From NCBI GenBank assembly GCA_963796235.1, contig CAWCKX010000002.1, positions 843,764-907,763 on the forward strand: a DNA stretch of 64,000 nt, read 5' to 3'. The position numbers were made by a program, and so were the translations under genes. Source of the stretch: an uncultured cyanobacterium. GTDB taxonomy: Bacteria > Cyanobacteriota > Cyanobacteriia > Phormidesmidales > Phormidesmidaceae. Shown here one piece after another: positions 50,338-59,527 of the stretch (its first letter is position 1; every line of letters starts with the position of its first letter). The notes under the pieces are model-generated. The model was not told the origin of the DNA. It worked only from the letters and a program-made list of their open reading frames with translations, and made no database searches.

Positions 50338-51105
50338 ATGCAGCCCACTGACGTTCAGCCCGCTGATACTAGGCCAGCGCAAGATCAGCCCGCGACTGTA
50401 AAGAAAACTTTGGCAATTGATATTGGCGGGAGCGGTATCAAGGTCTTGGTTTTAGATGAGCAGGGCAATCCGCTAGGAACGCGCGATCGCGCCAAAACCC
50501 CTGACCCGGCCACGCCTGAAGCTGTGATCGCCATAATCGAACAGTTGGCCAGCCAGCAAAGCCACTATGATCGGGTTTCGGTCGGGTTTCCGGGCGTCGT
50601 CCGGCAGGGAGTGGTCTTTACAGCGGTCAATTTGCACCCGCTGTGGCAGGGCTGCGATCTAGCTCAGCAGCTCAGCGATCGCCTGAGCAGACCGGTGCGA
50701 GTCGCTAACGATGCTGACATGCAAGGGCTAGGGGCGATTTCTGGTCAGGGCGTAGAGATGGTCATTACCCTGGGCACCGGGTTTGGCACCGCTCTTTTTA
50801 CCGAGGGGCAGCTCGTTCCTAATTTAGAAATTGCTCACCACCGCTTTCGCAAAGGGGAGACCTACGAGGAGCAACTCGGTCGGGAGGCGCTCAAGAGGGT
50901 CGGCACTAAAACTTGGAACAAAAGATTGGTCAAAGCGATCGCTTCTCTCTCTCATGCGTTTAACTACGACCGGCTTTATTTGGGCGGCGGTGAAGTCAAG
51001 CAGATTGATACTGCCCTACCTGGAAACGTAAAGGTGGTTTCTAACGTTTTGGGTCTGCTAGGGGGCATTAAGCTGTGGCAGTCAGCAGAGACTGCCCGCA
51101 GATAG
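50338..51105 (+). CDS. ppgK: ROK family polyphosphate glucokinase
   Basis: AIDIGGSGIK, GFPGVV, NDADMQG, TLGTGFG, PNLEIAH. Confidence 0.8.
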   Translation: MQPTDVQPADTRPAQDQPATVKKTLAIDIGGSGIKVLVLDEQGNPLGTRDRAKTPDPATPEAVIAIIEQLASQQSHYDRVSVGFPGVVRQGVVFTAVNLHPLWQGCDLAQQLSDRLSRPVRVANDADMQGLGAISGQGVEMVITLGTGFGTALFTEGQLVPNLEIAHHRFRKGETYEEQLGREALKRVGTKTWNKRLVKAIASLSHAFNYDRLYLGGGEVKQIDTALPGNVKVVSNVLGLLGGIKLWQSAETARR

Positions 51106-51120
51106 AAAAGTGCCGCGTGG

Positions 51121-51735
51121 CTATGCCTGTTTAGCATCTCTGTAGCTAGGCGAAAGAAATAGGCTGCTTTCTGTACAGATACCGCTCAGCGGAATATCCC
51201 AGGTGGCTCGTGGCAGTTGAGGCAATCGGGCGTATTCAAAGACGATGCCAATGGTGGTTTTGTTGGCCCAGGTCGGGTGGCTGAGCATCCGGTCGTAAAA
51301 GCCGCCGCCGTAGCCCAGCCGGTAGCCATTCACATCGCAGGCCAGACAGGGAATCAAAATCAGATCGACCCGGCGAGGATCAACCAGCGGTGAGGCAGGA
51401 TCAGGTTCAGTAATGCCGTAAGTGCCGGTGCGCAGGGGCCATTGACAGGTCGAAAACCACCGGTGCCACTGAAGCGCTTTATCTTCGCAGCGGGGCAGCC
51501 CCCAGACGCGCTGCTGCTTGAGCAAGAGGCCCAAGTCGGGTTCGCCTCGAAAGCTACAGTAGGCCAGAGTCAGGCGCGATCGCGTAAACACCGGCCAAGC
51601 TTGCAGATGTCGGCAAATGCTAGCCGATTTCTCTTGCCAAATTCGCTGCGGCATGGCCTGCCGGGCTTTGAGGAGCGCCCGGCGCTGAGCTGCTTTTTGC
51701 GCTTGAATATGCGCTGGGGTAGAGGGATCAGCCAT
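51121..51735 (-). CDS. 5-formyltetrahydrofolate cyclo-ligase
   Basis: GITEP and GYRLGYGGGFYDR. Confidence 0.92.
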   Translation of the reverse strand: MADPSTPAHIQAQKAAQRRALLKARQAMPQRIWQEKSASICRHLQAWPVFTRSRLTLAYCSFRGEPDLGLLLKQQRVWGLPRCEDKALQWHRWFSTCQWPLRTGTYGITEPDPASPLVDPRRVDLILIPCLACDVNGYRLGYGGGFYDRMLSHPTWANKTTIGIVFEYARLPQLPRATWDIPLSGICTESSLFLSPSYRDAKQA

Positions 51736-51822
51736 GCCGGGGAAAGCGGGGGGAGGAGAGAGGCAGAGAAAAAGGAAAGGAGAAAAGGGGTAAGAGAAAA
51801 GGGAAAAGTTGGATGCGATGCG

Positions 51823-53463
51823 CTACTGGGCAGCGATCTGTTGGTAAAGGGCAGAGATTTTTTCAATTACCTGTTCAGCATTTAGCTGATCAGAGACAAT
51901 CTCAATGGCGTCGGGAGCTTTTCGGAGCGGTGAAACGGTGCGGGTGCTGTCTTGGCGATCGCGCTCTGCAATCGACTGAGCGAGCTGCTCGCGATCTGGG
52001 AGGGGCTGGCCGGTAGCTTGCAAATCACGATAGCGGCGACGGGCACGCTCAGCGACTGAAGCAGTCAGGTAGATTTTAAGTTCAGCTTGAGGAAAGACCT
52101 CGGTGCCAATGTCGCGACCATCGGCGACGATGCCGCCCTGGATACCGTATTGCTGCTGCTGATCGACCAATTTGGCGCGGACGGCAGCTTGAGCGGCAAT
52201 CGTAGAGACTTGAGCGGTAACCACAGCGCTGCGAATCGCCTGCGTCACGTCCTGACCATTTACCTGCACTTGCGGCGGCTGAGGCTGATTGTCTTTAAAG
52301 TTGGCCCTTAGCCGAATCTGACAGGTGGGCAGCAGCTGCGCAACCGCCGCTTCGTCTGCGGAATCAATATTTTGCTGTAAGACAAACCAGGTCAGCGCCC
52401 GGTACATCGCCCCGGTGTCGAGATAGAGCAGGCCCAGCCGGTGAGCTACCTGACGAGCAACGGTAGATTTACCCGCGCCAGCAGGCCCATCAATCGCAAT
52501 GATAGGCGCGCGTTGCAACATCACATTATCGATTAGACGGGTCTTCTTTCCTTCAGTATCTTGGGTGCCTTCTTGGGTGCCTATGTATGCTGCGATCGCC
52601 ATCATTCCTACAGTTTCAATTGCTTGCAAAGGCTTTAGTGTATCAGGCTGAACTAGCGCCAGGTAGTCTAAAGTGACAGCCGGGGCGATCGCTATCACCT
52701 CATCGGCTATCTGTAGCAAGCGGCGACCTGATCGTTCCCCCCGCCGAAAAGCTAACTGAGCGGCCTGCAAGCTGCGATAAAGCGCTGTTGCCTGCTGGCG
52801 CTCTGCTCCCGACAGATAGCGGTTGCGAGAACTCAGCGCTAGCCCATCGGGTTCACGCACCGTCGGGCAAACCACAATTTCACCGGGTAGATGCAGATCT
52901 TGCGAAAGCCGCTTGAGAATAGCGACCTGCTGAGCGTCTTTTTGGCCAAAATAGGCATAGGTTGGTCGCACAATGTTTAGCAGCTTAGTCACCACGGTAG
53001 CAACGCCCTGAAAGTGCCCCGGACGAGAGCGACCACAGAGCGTAGCCGTCATCGCCTGAGGCGGCACCACCTGAGTTATCGTCGTCTGGTCGGGCTGAGA
53101 TGTGCCATAGAGCGCCAGCGGCGAAGGCAGAAACATAATATCTACGCCAGCCGACTGACAAAGCGCCTGATCTGCCTGCTGTGGTCGGGGATAGCGCTCA
53201 AAATCTTCGCTGGGGCCAAACTGAAGCGGATTGACAAAAATACTCACGACAACCAGGTCGTTATCTTGGCGGGCCTGGTCAATCAAGCTGAGGTGACCGG
53301 CATGGAGTGCGCCCATCGTCGGCACAAGGCCAATGGTGAACGGGGCTGAAGGAGATAGGACAAGATGATCGTCTGATTCAGGTTTGATCGGCGATCGCCG
53401 ACCGCTCAGCTCGCACTGGCTCAAATAGTGACGCAATCCAATGACAGAATTGAACAGCCGCAC
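51823..53463 (-). CDS. panC/cmk: Bifunctional pantoate-beta-alanine ligase / cytidylate kinase
   Basis: PTMGALHAGH, FGQKDAQQ and SSRN, then IAIDGPAGAGKST and DGRDIG. Probable GTG start at 53463. Confidence 0.95.
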   Translation of the reverse strand: MRLFNSVIGLRHYLSQCELSGRRSPIKPESDDHLVLSPSAPFTIGLVPTMGALHAGHLSLIDQARQDNDLVVVSIFVNPLQFGPSEDFERYPRPQQADQALCQSAGVDIMFLPSPLALYGTSQPDQTTITQVVPPQAMTATLCGRSRPGHFQGVATVVTKLLNIVRPTYAYFGQKDAQQVAILKRLSQDLHLPGEIVVCPTVREPDGLALSSRNRYLSGAERQQATALYRSLQAAQLAFRRGERSGRRLLQIADEVIAIAPAVTLDYLALVQPDTLKPLQAIETVGMMAIAAYIGTQEGTQDTEGKKTRLIDNVMLQRAPIIAIDGPAGAGKSTVARQVAHRLGLLYLDTGAMYRALTWFVLQQNIDSADEAAVAQLLPTCQIRLRANFKDNQPQPPQVQVNGQDVTQAIRSAVVTAQVSTIAAQAAVRAKLVDQQQQYGIQGGIVADGRDIGTEVFPQAELKIYLTASVAERARRRYRDLQATGQPLPDREQLAQSIAERDRQDSTRTVSPLRKAPDAIEIVSDQLNAEQVIEKISALYQQIAAQ

Positions 53464-53579
53464 AGCCTTCTCCCTAATAGACGCCTTCGGTAAAAATGCC
53501 GGATTTATTTGGCCCACATCAATCTAACGCAGTCCACGCCTGATCGGGAATGAGCGCCCAGCGTGAGCCATGCCAAAAA

Positions 53580-53610
53580 TAAAAAGGCCCTCCATCTAAG
53601 AGAGCCTTTC
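53580..53610 (-). terminator. Terminator after rlpA
   Basis: AAAAAAGGCCCTC...GAGAGCCTTT. Confidence 0.55.
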
Positions 53611-53687
53611 ATAAGACAGATGCCTTTGTAATTATCGGATTGTGATCGCGCTTCTAAATGAAGAGCATCAGCATTGATCGTCCAATA

Positions 53688-54854
53688 TCAATCACCTAAA
53701 ACATCTAGCTGAACCCTACCGACCCCTGCATTGATTAGCCCAATCTCAGCGGCGGCTCCAGCAGAAAGATCAATCACCCGGTTGCCGCTATAGGGGCCGC
53801 GATCATTAATTCTCACAACAACCTGACGATTGTTGCTGAGATTAGTCACTCGCACCCGAGTGCCAAAAGGCAGCGTCCGATGAGCCGCCGTCAGCGCATT
53901 TTGGTTGAAGACCTCACCGCTAGCGCTGCGTCTGCCATTAAACCCAGGGCCGTACCACGAAGCCCCGCCAATCGTACTAGAGACAATCGCCACCGTTTCA
54001 ACCGCAGGGGCAACCGGCTCCGGCTGAGGTCGCCCCTCAATTTCTGAGACCGGCTGCACATCTCCCAACAGTCGCCGCAGGCGATTAGTCGCTTGCAGCG
54101 CATCTTCTGCCGGGTTGTTAGTGGTGTCAGGCAAAACGGTGCGACTGTCCAAAGCGACCAAGTCTGCGCCCGCCAAGGTGACAATATAGCCCTCGTCTGC
54201 CGCATTCCAGCGAACTGAAATATCAGTTGCATCGGTATCAGCAGAACCGATTTTGCTGCCAAGACTGGTCGCTCTCAGCACGGGATCATTCTCCAACGCT
54301 GCATTGAGAATATCCCCAGATCGGGAGACGCTAGCTTGGAGAGAAATCGGCGCATCGCTGGCGGCGATAGAAAGCGCATCGCTAGCGTTAGAAAGACTGT
54401 TAACGTCAGTACCAATAAACGTCAGTACTGGAATATTTTTGATGTAGAGGGTGGCAGCCTGGCGACCATCAATGACGTGAGCGTGAACCGAGATATCGCT
54501 GCGGAGCGCGGGCACTCGTTCAGCGTTGGGCTGTGAGCCGCTGTTAGCGGAACTGGCTGAACTGGCAGGAGTGGCGCTAGAAGCGACGGTATCGGATGGA
54601 TCTACTAGGTTGGTCTCTACCGACTTAGTTTCTACAGTTTCTACATCTACAGTTTCTACAAGTGAGCCAGTCAATAAACTGGCCTCTGTGTCAGCTGAAA
54701 CAAACTCAGCAGTCTTAGAATCGGACGCATTAGTAATAGGCAGCGCACTGGCAGATCGAGCACCAATGAGCGTGAAGCCAATGCTAGACAGCAGAACGGC
54801 TGCTGCCAGACTACTGGCGGGGTGTTTGATTGAACCGTTAGAAAGCACAAACAT
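53688..54854 (-). CDS. rlpA: Septal ring lytic transglycosylase RlpA family
   Basis: ASWYGPGF, TAAHRTLPFGT, RINDRGP, IDLS. Confidence 0.9.
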   Translation of the reverse strand: MFVLSNGSIKHPASSLAAAVLLSSIGFTLIGARSASALPITNASDSKTAEFVSADTEASLLTGSLVETVDVETVETKSVETNLVDPSDTVASSATPASSASSANSGSQPNAERVPALRSDISVHAHVIDGRQAATLYIKNIPVLTFIGTDVNSLSNASDALSIAASDAPISLQASVSRSGDILNAALENDPVLRATSLGSKIGSADTDATDISVRWNAADEGYIVTLAGADLVALDSRTVLPDTTNNPAEDALQATNRLRRLLGDVQPVSEIEGRPQPEPVAPAVETVAIVSSTIGGASWYGPGFNGRRSASGEVFNQNALTAAHRTLPFGTRVRVTNLSNNRQVVVRINDRGPYSGNRVIDLSAGAAAEIGLINAGVGRVQLDVLGD

Positions 54855-55309
54855 AATGGGCTACATCGCAATCGCTCAGACCGCAGCTATTTGCTTGGGG
54901 TCTTTTTTTGAGCGAGTTGTGTCATAGCAGCGCTTTGACCTCGAATCAAATAAACGAACAGTCGCTAATCTACACGAACGAATTTCAATCGGGATCAGCG
55001 AATTTTCTGACCAACCCCCGGCGAGAAACTTCACGTTGCTTTCACAAAAAGCTTGAAATGACGAAATGTAAAGGATTTGCCGGTCAATTTGTCGTTGTGT
55101 AAACCCGTTGCGATACTTATACCTCCCAAGGCTTAGATTCTAGATAACTAATCAATCAACGCTGATTTTTGATGCGTCTATAGGCATAGTCTCTAAGAGA
55201 CTATGCAATTAACTGACTATATTGAGTGGCTAAACAGACTTTCATTTCTCTAAATTCCGGCTGGGGTTACAGTGAATTAGACACTGAATATTGAAATACC
55301 GAATTAGCT

Positions 55310-56366
55310 ATGGATTACCGGCAGGCTGGGGTAGATGTTGAAGCGGGTCGGGCGTTTGTAAATAAAATTCGAACGATGGTTGACAGCACCCGTCGGCCAG
55401 AGGTGCTGGGCGCGCTCGGTGGGTTTGGGGGTTGTTTTGAACTGCCGAGTGGCTATCGTCAGCCGGTGCTGGTATCAGGAACGGATGGCGTGGGCACGAA
55501 GCTGAAGCTGGCTCACATGCTGAATCGTCACGACACGGTGGGTATAGACCTGGTGGCGATGTGTGTAAACGATGTGCTGACGATTGGGGCAGAGCCGCTT
55601 TTCTTTTTGGACTATCTTGCGACAGGGAAGCTGGCCCCTGAGCAGTTAGCGCAGGTGGTGGCAGGCGTAGCGAGTGGCTGTCAGACCTCTGGCTGTGCGC
55701 TGCTAGGCGGAGAAACCGCTGAGATGCCGGGGTTTTATGCGCCTGGAGAATACGATCTAGCGGGGTTTTGCGTCGGCATTGTCGAAAAAGACCAGATGCT
55801 GGATGGGTCGCAGGTAGCAGTGGGCGATCGCCTCATCGGACTTAGCGAGCAGCGGCGTTCACAGCAACGGCTTTAGCCTAGTGCGCAAAATTGTCGCTGA
55901 AGGTGCCAGAGATGCCCGAGAAGCCGGACGACCGGCTGGCTATAGCTGGGCCGAGAAACCCCACGAGCTGGGCGATCAGTCTTTAGCCGATGTGCTGCTG
56001 ACGCCGACCCAACTATATGTAAAGCCTGTATTGGCAGCACTGAAGTCTGACCTCACCATTCACGGCATGGCCCATATTACCGGCGGCGGATTGCCGGAAA
56101 ATTTACCGCGCTGCTTAGGCAAAGGGCAGTCTATTCAGCTGGTGCCCGACAGCTGGCCGGTTCTCCCGGTGTTTGACTGGCTTTGCGCTGCCGGGGAGGT
56201 TAGCCGCGCCGACATGTTCAATACCTTTAATATGGGCATCGGCTTTGTGGTGATTGTGCCGCCTGATCAGACAGGTGCGGCTTGCGAGCAGTTTGCCAGT
56301 GAGGGAATTGAATCCTACGCCATCGGCGAAGTGGTGGCAGGTGAGGGCGAGCTTTTAGGGCTGTAG
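55310..56366 (+). CDS. purM: AIR synthase PurM, +1 frameshift at 55841-55844
   Basis: DGVGTK and [24 protein letters not shown] is restored by removing one base. AHITGGG and TFNMGIG lie downstream. Confidence 0.93.
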
Positions 56367-56379
56367 CGAGCTAGGCTGT

Positions 56380-57297
56380 ATGGGTACTTGCAGGTTTGAA
56401 AGCGCGATCGCTATTCGCCCTGTAGCTTTATCTATATATAAGGAAGGAGTTTTTCTATTGAGCGTGAGCAAGGGAAATATTCAGCCCGTGGTGATTGCAA
56501 CGATCGCCACAATTGTGGCCATTGTGCTGGCTAGCAGCTTTGTGATTATCAATCCGGGGCAGGCCGGTGTTTTGAGCGTATTGGGTAAGGCTCAAAACGG
56601 CGCATTGCTAGAAGGCATTCACCTGAAACCACCGTTTGTCTCCTATGTAGACGTGTACGACATCACGGTGCAAAAGTTTGAGGTACCCGCTGAGAGTTCG
56701 ACCAAAGATTTACAGGATCTCAAGGCGCGGTTTGCGATTAACTTTCGCCTGGTGCCTGAGCAAATTGTAAGGATTCGCCGAACGCAGGGGTCGCTCTCGA
56801 ACATCGTCGCGAAGATCATCGCGCCGCAGACTCAGGAGTCTTTTAAGGTGGCAGCGGCCAGGCGAACCGTCGAGCAGGCGATTACGCAGCGGACATTGCT
56901 CAAGGCCGACTTTGACGAAGCCCTGGCGCTCAGGCTGGATAAATACGGCATCGACGTGCTTGATACCAGCGTGGTCGATTTGAACTTTTCGCCAGAATTT
57001 TCGCGGGCGGTTGAAGAAAAGCAAATTGCTGAGCAGCGGGCACAGCGAGCGGTTTACGTAGCGCAAGAGGCGGAGCAGGAAGCTCAAGCTGACATCAACC
57101 GGGCCAAAGGTCGAGCTGAGGCGCAGCGCCTGATCGCTGAGACCTTGAAGGCTCAAGGCGGTACGTTGGTTTTACAAAAAGAAGCGATCGAAGCCTGGCG
57201 AGAAGGCGGTGCGCAGATGCCTCGGGTGCTGGTCACAGGTGATGGAGCAGGCGGCGGTGTGCCCTTCTTATTCAATCTGTCGTCAGAGACTCAGTAA
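56380..57297 (+). CDS. Prohibitin/SPFH (band 7) protein
   Basis: GIHLKPPF, SSTKDLQ, FSRAVEEKQIAEQ. The start may be later. Confidence 0.9.
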   Translation: MGTCRFESAIAIRPVALSIYKEGVFLLSVSKGNIQPVVIATIATIVAIVLASSFVIINPGQAGVLSVLGKAQNGALLEGIHLKPPFVSYVDVYDITVQKFEVPAESSTKDLQDLKARFAINFRLVPEQIVRIRRTQGSLSNIVAKIIAPQTQESFKVAAARRTVEQAITQRTLLKADFDEALALRLDKYGIDVLDTSVVDLNFSPEFSRAVEEKQIAEQRAQRAVYVAQEAEQEAQADINRAKGRAEAQRLIAETLKAQGGTLVLQKEAIEAWREGGAQMPRVLVTGDGAGGGVPFLFNLSSETQ

Positions 57298-57338
57298 GCG
57301 TATTGTCGCTTGAGTACTAGCGCTTCAGATTAGACAGC

Positions 57339-57377
57339 AAAAAGGGCTATACCTATTCAGCGGTGTAGCCCTTTTTT
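57339..57377. terminator. Bidirectional terminator
   Basis: AAAAAGGGCTATACC...GGTGTAGCCCTTTTTT between convergent genes. Confidence 0.8.
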
Positions 57378-57428
57378 GATCGCCTTTTTAGATTAAGAAC
57401 TTATTGACCTAACCAAACCCTAACCAGA

Positions 57429-57758
57429 CTAAGAGTCTGCGGCGGCTTCTGCGTCTTTGGTCGCGTCTTTAGCCATGTCGAGATAGTCGGCGGGGTCGCT
57501 ATCGCCGGGGCTTTTGGTACCCTGGGCTGTTGATATTTGGCCGCTGGCCTTGGCTTCAGTTTGGCGGGTAACAGGATTAGGATCGCTTGACTGAGTGCCA
57601 CCAGCACTGGTCTCGTTGTCCACAGCGATTTCGTATTCTTTGTCGAAATCTGTCTTGGCAACTTCTGACTTGGCTTTGCCTTGGGTTTCTTCGTCTTTGC
57701 TCTCGAGATCTTCAGAGAGCTGCTTGGCTTCCTGGGGAATGTTATTGGGATCTGCCAT
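57429..57758 (-). CDS. Acidic hydrophilic hypothetical protein
   Basis: GGAG RBS, 109 aa, ends before the terminator. Confidence 0.65.
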   Translation of the reverse strand: MADPNNIPQEAKQLSEDLESKDEETQGKAKSEVAKTDFDKEYEIAVDNETSAGGTQSSDPNPVTRQTEAKASGQISTAQGTKSPGDSDPADYLDMAKDATKDAEAAADS

Positions 57759-57941
57759 AGTGGGCTCCGCGCAATTTTACTATCACCTATATCTTACGGA
57801 GCTAAGAGAAAATAAAATATATATCTGATGACGGAGATTGTCGCTAGAACAGAGAGGTTCTTCTGTCGGCGTGATATGAGCAAGGCAGCGATCGCGCCAA
57901 CGGCGTTAGACTAAGGAAAAGTTTAAGAAATGTAAAGACCT

Positions 57942-59456
57942 ATGGGCAGCAGCTCAGCACAAAAAGTGGTGGTGATTGGCGCAGGCATCGGGGGGTTGAC
58001 GGCGGCGGCGCTGCTAGCGCACAGGGGTTATCAGGTGAAGGTATTCGATCAGGCAATTGTGCCGGGTGGCTGCGCCTCTACCTTCAAGCGGCGGGGCTTT
58101 ACATTTGATGTGGGGGCAACTCAAGTAGCGGGGCTAGAACCAGGTGGTATTCACGCCCAAATATTTGAAGAACTAGGTATTGAACTGCCTGCGGCGAGTG
58201 AGTGCGATCCGGCTTGCGCGGTGTTTTTGCCAGGAGAGCGAGATCCTATTAACGTGTGGCGCGATCCGCAGCAGTGGCAAGCAGAAAGAGAGCGACAGTT
58301 TCCGGGAAGTGCTTCTTTCTGGCAGTTTATGAAAGCGCTGTTTGACTACAGCTGGCGGTTTCAGCAGCGCGAACCGGTGTTGCCGCCGCGCAATCTTTGG
58401 GATATTTGGCAGCTCGGAACGGCAATAAGACCCGATACGCTGCTGACGATACCGTTTACTTTTTCGACGGTCGGAGAGATTTTGAGAGGGTACGATCTGT
58501 ATGACAATCGGCGGCTGCGGACTTTTTTAGATATGCAGCTTAAGCTGTATTCGCAGACAACAGCCGATCAGACGGCGGTACTGTATGCGGCTACAGCGCT
58601 GGGCGTATCGCAAGCTCCGCATGGGTTGTTTCACCTGAAGGGGAGTATGCAGGTTTTCAGCGATCGCCTCACCACTGCCCTCAAACAAAACGGCGGCGAA
58701 CTCCACATGCGCCACACCGCAGAAGCCATAGAGATAGAACAAGGCAAACCGACTCAGGTAAAGATCACCCCCAAACAAGGCGACTCTTGGCTTGAGCTAG
58801 CCGACCATGTTATTGCCAACGTCACGGTTCAAAATCTGGTGCGTTTAGCCAAAGATAACAACATGAAAGGTTATAAAAGGAGAGTCGAAAAACTTTCTTC
58901 TTCTTCAGGCGCATTCGTAATTTATTTAGGTGTAGAACAAGCTGCACTGCCAAAAAACTGCCCGCCCCATCTACAGTTTCTCTATGACTATGACGAGCCA
59001 ATCGCCGAAAACAATTCTCTCTTTGTTTCGGTGAGCCGTCCTGGAGATGGGCGTGCGCCTGACGGAAAAGCGACTGTGATCGCCTCCTCTTTTACAGAAG
59101 TGCAGCAGTGGTATAACTGCGACGAAGCAGGCTACCGGGAAATGAAGGAGAACTATACTCAGGAGGCGATTTCTCGGTTGAAGGGCTATTTTGACCTGCG
59201 GCCTGAGTATTTGGTGCATGTGGAGGCGGCGACACCGAGAAGCTTTGAGACCTTTACGGGGCGCGATCGCGGCATTGTCGGCGGCATTGGCCAGCGCGTG
59301 CCCACCTTTGGCCCATTTGGGTTTGCCACGCGCACACCTATCACGAACCTTTGGTTAGTCGGCGACAGCACCCATCCAGGCGAAGGCACAGCAGGCGTTA
59401 GCTATTCGGCGATGATGGCAGTGCGGCAAATTGAAGCGGGCAGGCCGTCTTCCTGA
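57942..59456 (+). CDS. crtD: Carotenoid C-3',4' desaturase
   Basis: GAGIGG FAD motif, FTFDVGATQVAGLEPGGIH, HPGEGTAGVS. Confidence 0.85.
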   Translation: MGSSSAQKVVVIGAGIGGLTAAALLAHRGYQVKVFDQAIVPGGCASTFKRRGFTFDVGATQVAGLEPGGIHAQIFEELGIELPAASECDPACAVFLPGERDPINVWRDPQQWQAERERQFPGSASFWQFMKALFDYSWRFQQREPVLPPRNLWDIWQLGTAIRPDTLLTIPFTFSTVGEILRGYDLYDNRRLRTFLDMQLKLYSQTTADQTAVLYAATALGVSQAPHGLFHLKGSMQVFSDRLTTALKQNGGELHMRHTAEAIEIEQGKPTQVKITPKQGDSWLELADHVIANVTVQNLVRLAKDNNMKGYKRRVEKLSSSSGAFVIYLGVEQAALPKNCPPHLQFLYDYDEPIAENNSLFVSVSRPGDGRAPDGKATVIASSFTEVQQWYNCDEAGYREMKENYTQEAISRLKGYFDLRPEYLVHVEAATPRSFETFTGRDRGIVGGIGQRVPTFGPFGFATRTPITNLWLVGDSTHPGEGTAGVSYSAMMAVRQIEAGRPSS

Positions 59457-59527
59457 TGTTACTTTCTCAATTTTCGCAATCTGGCAGCGCAGCTTGTAGG
59501 CTAAGGGATGAGCTTTTAGCGTGAGGC

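Noticed and set aside
55310-56366. purM as a true pseudogene or programmed frameshift
   Set aside because: There is a single extra base, no slippery sequence, and both halves are otherwise intact, so an artefact is more likely.
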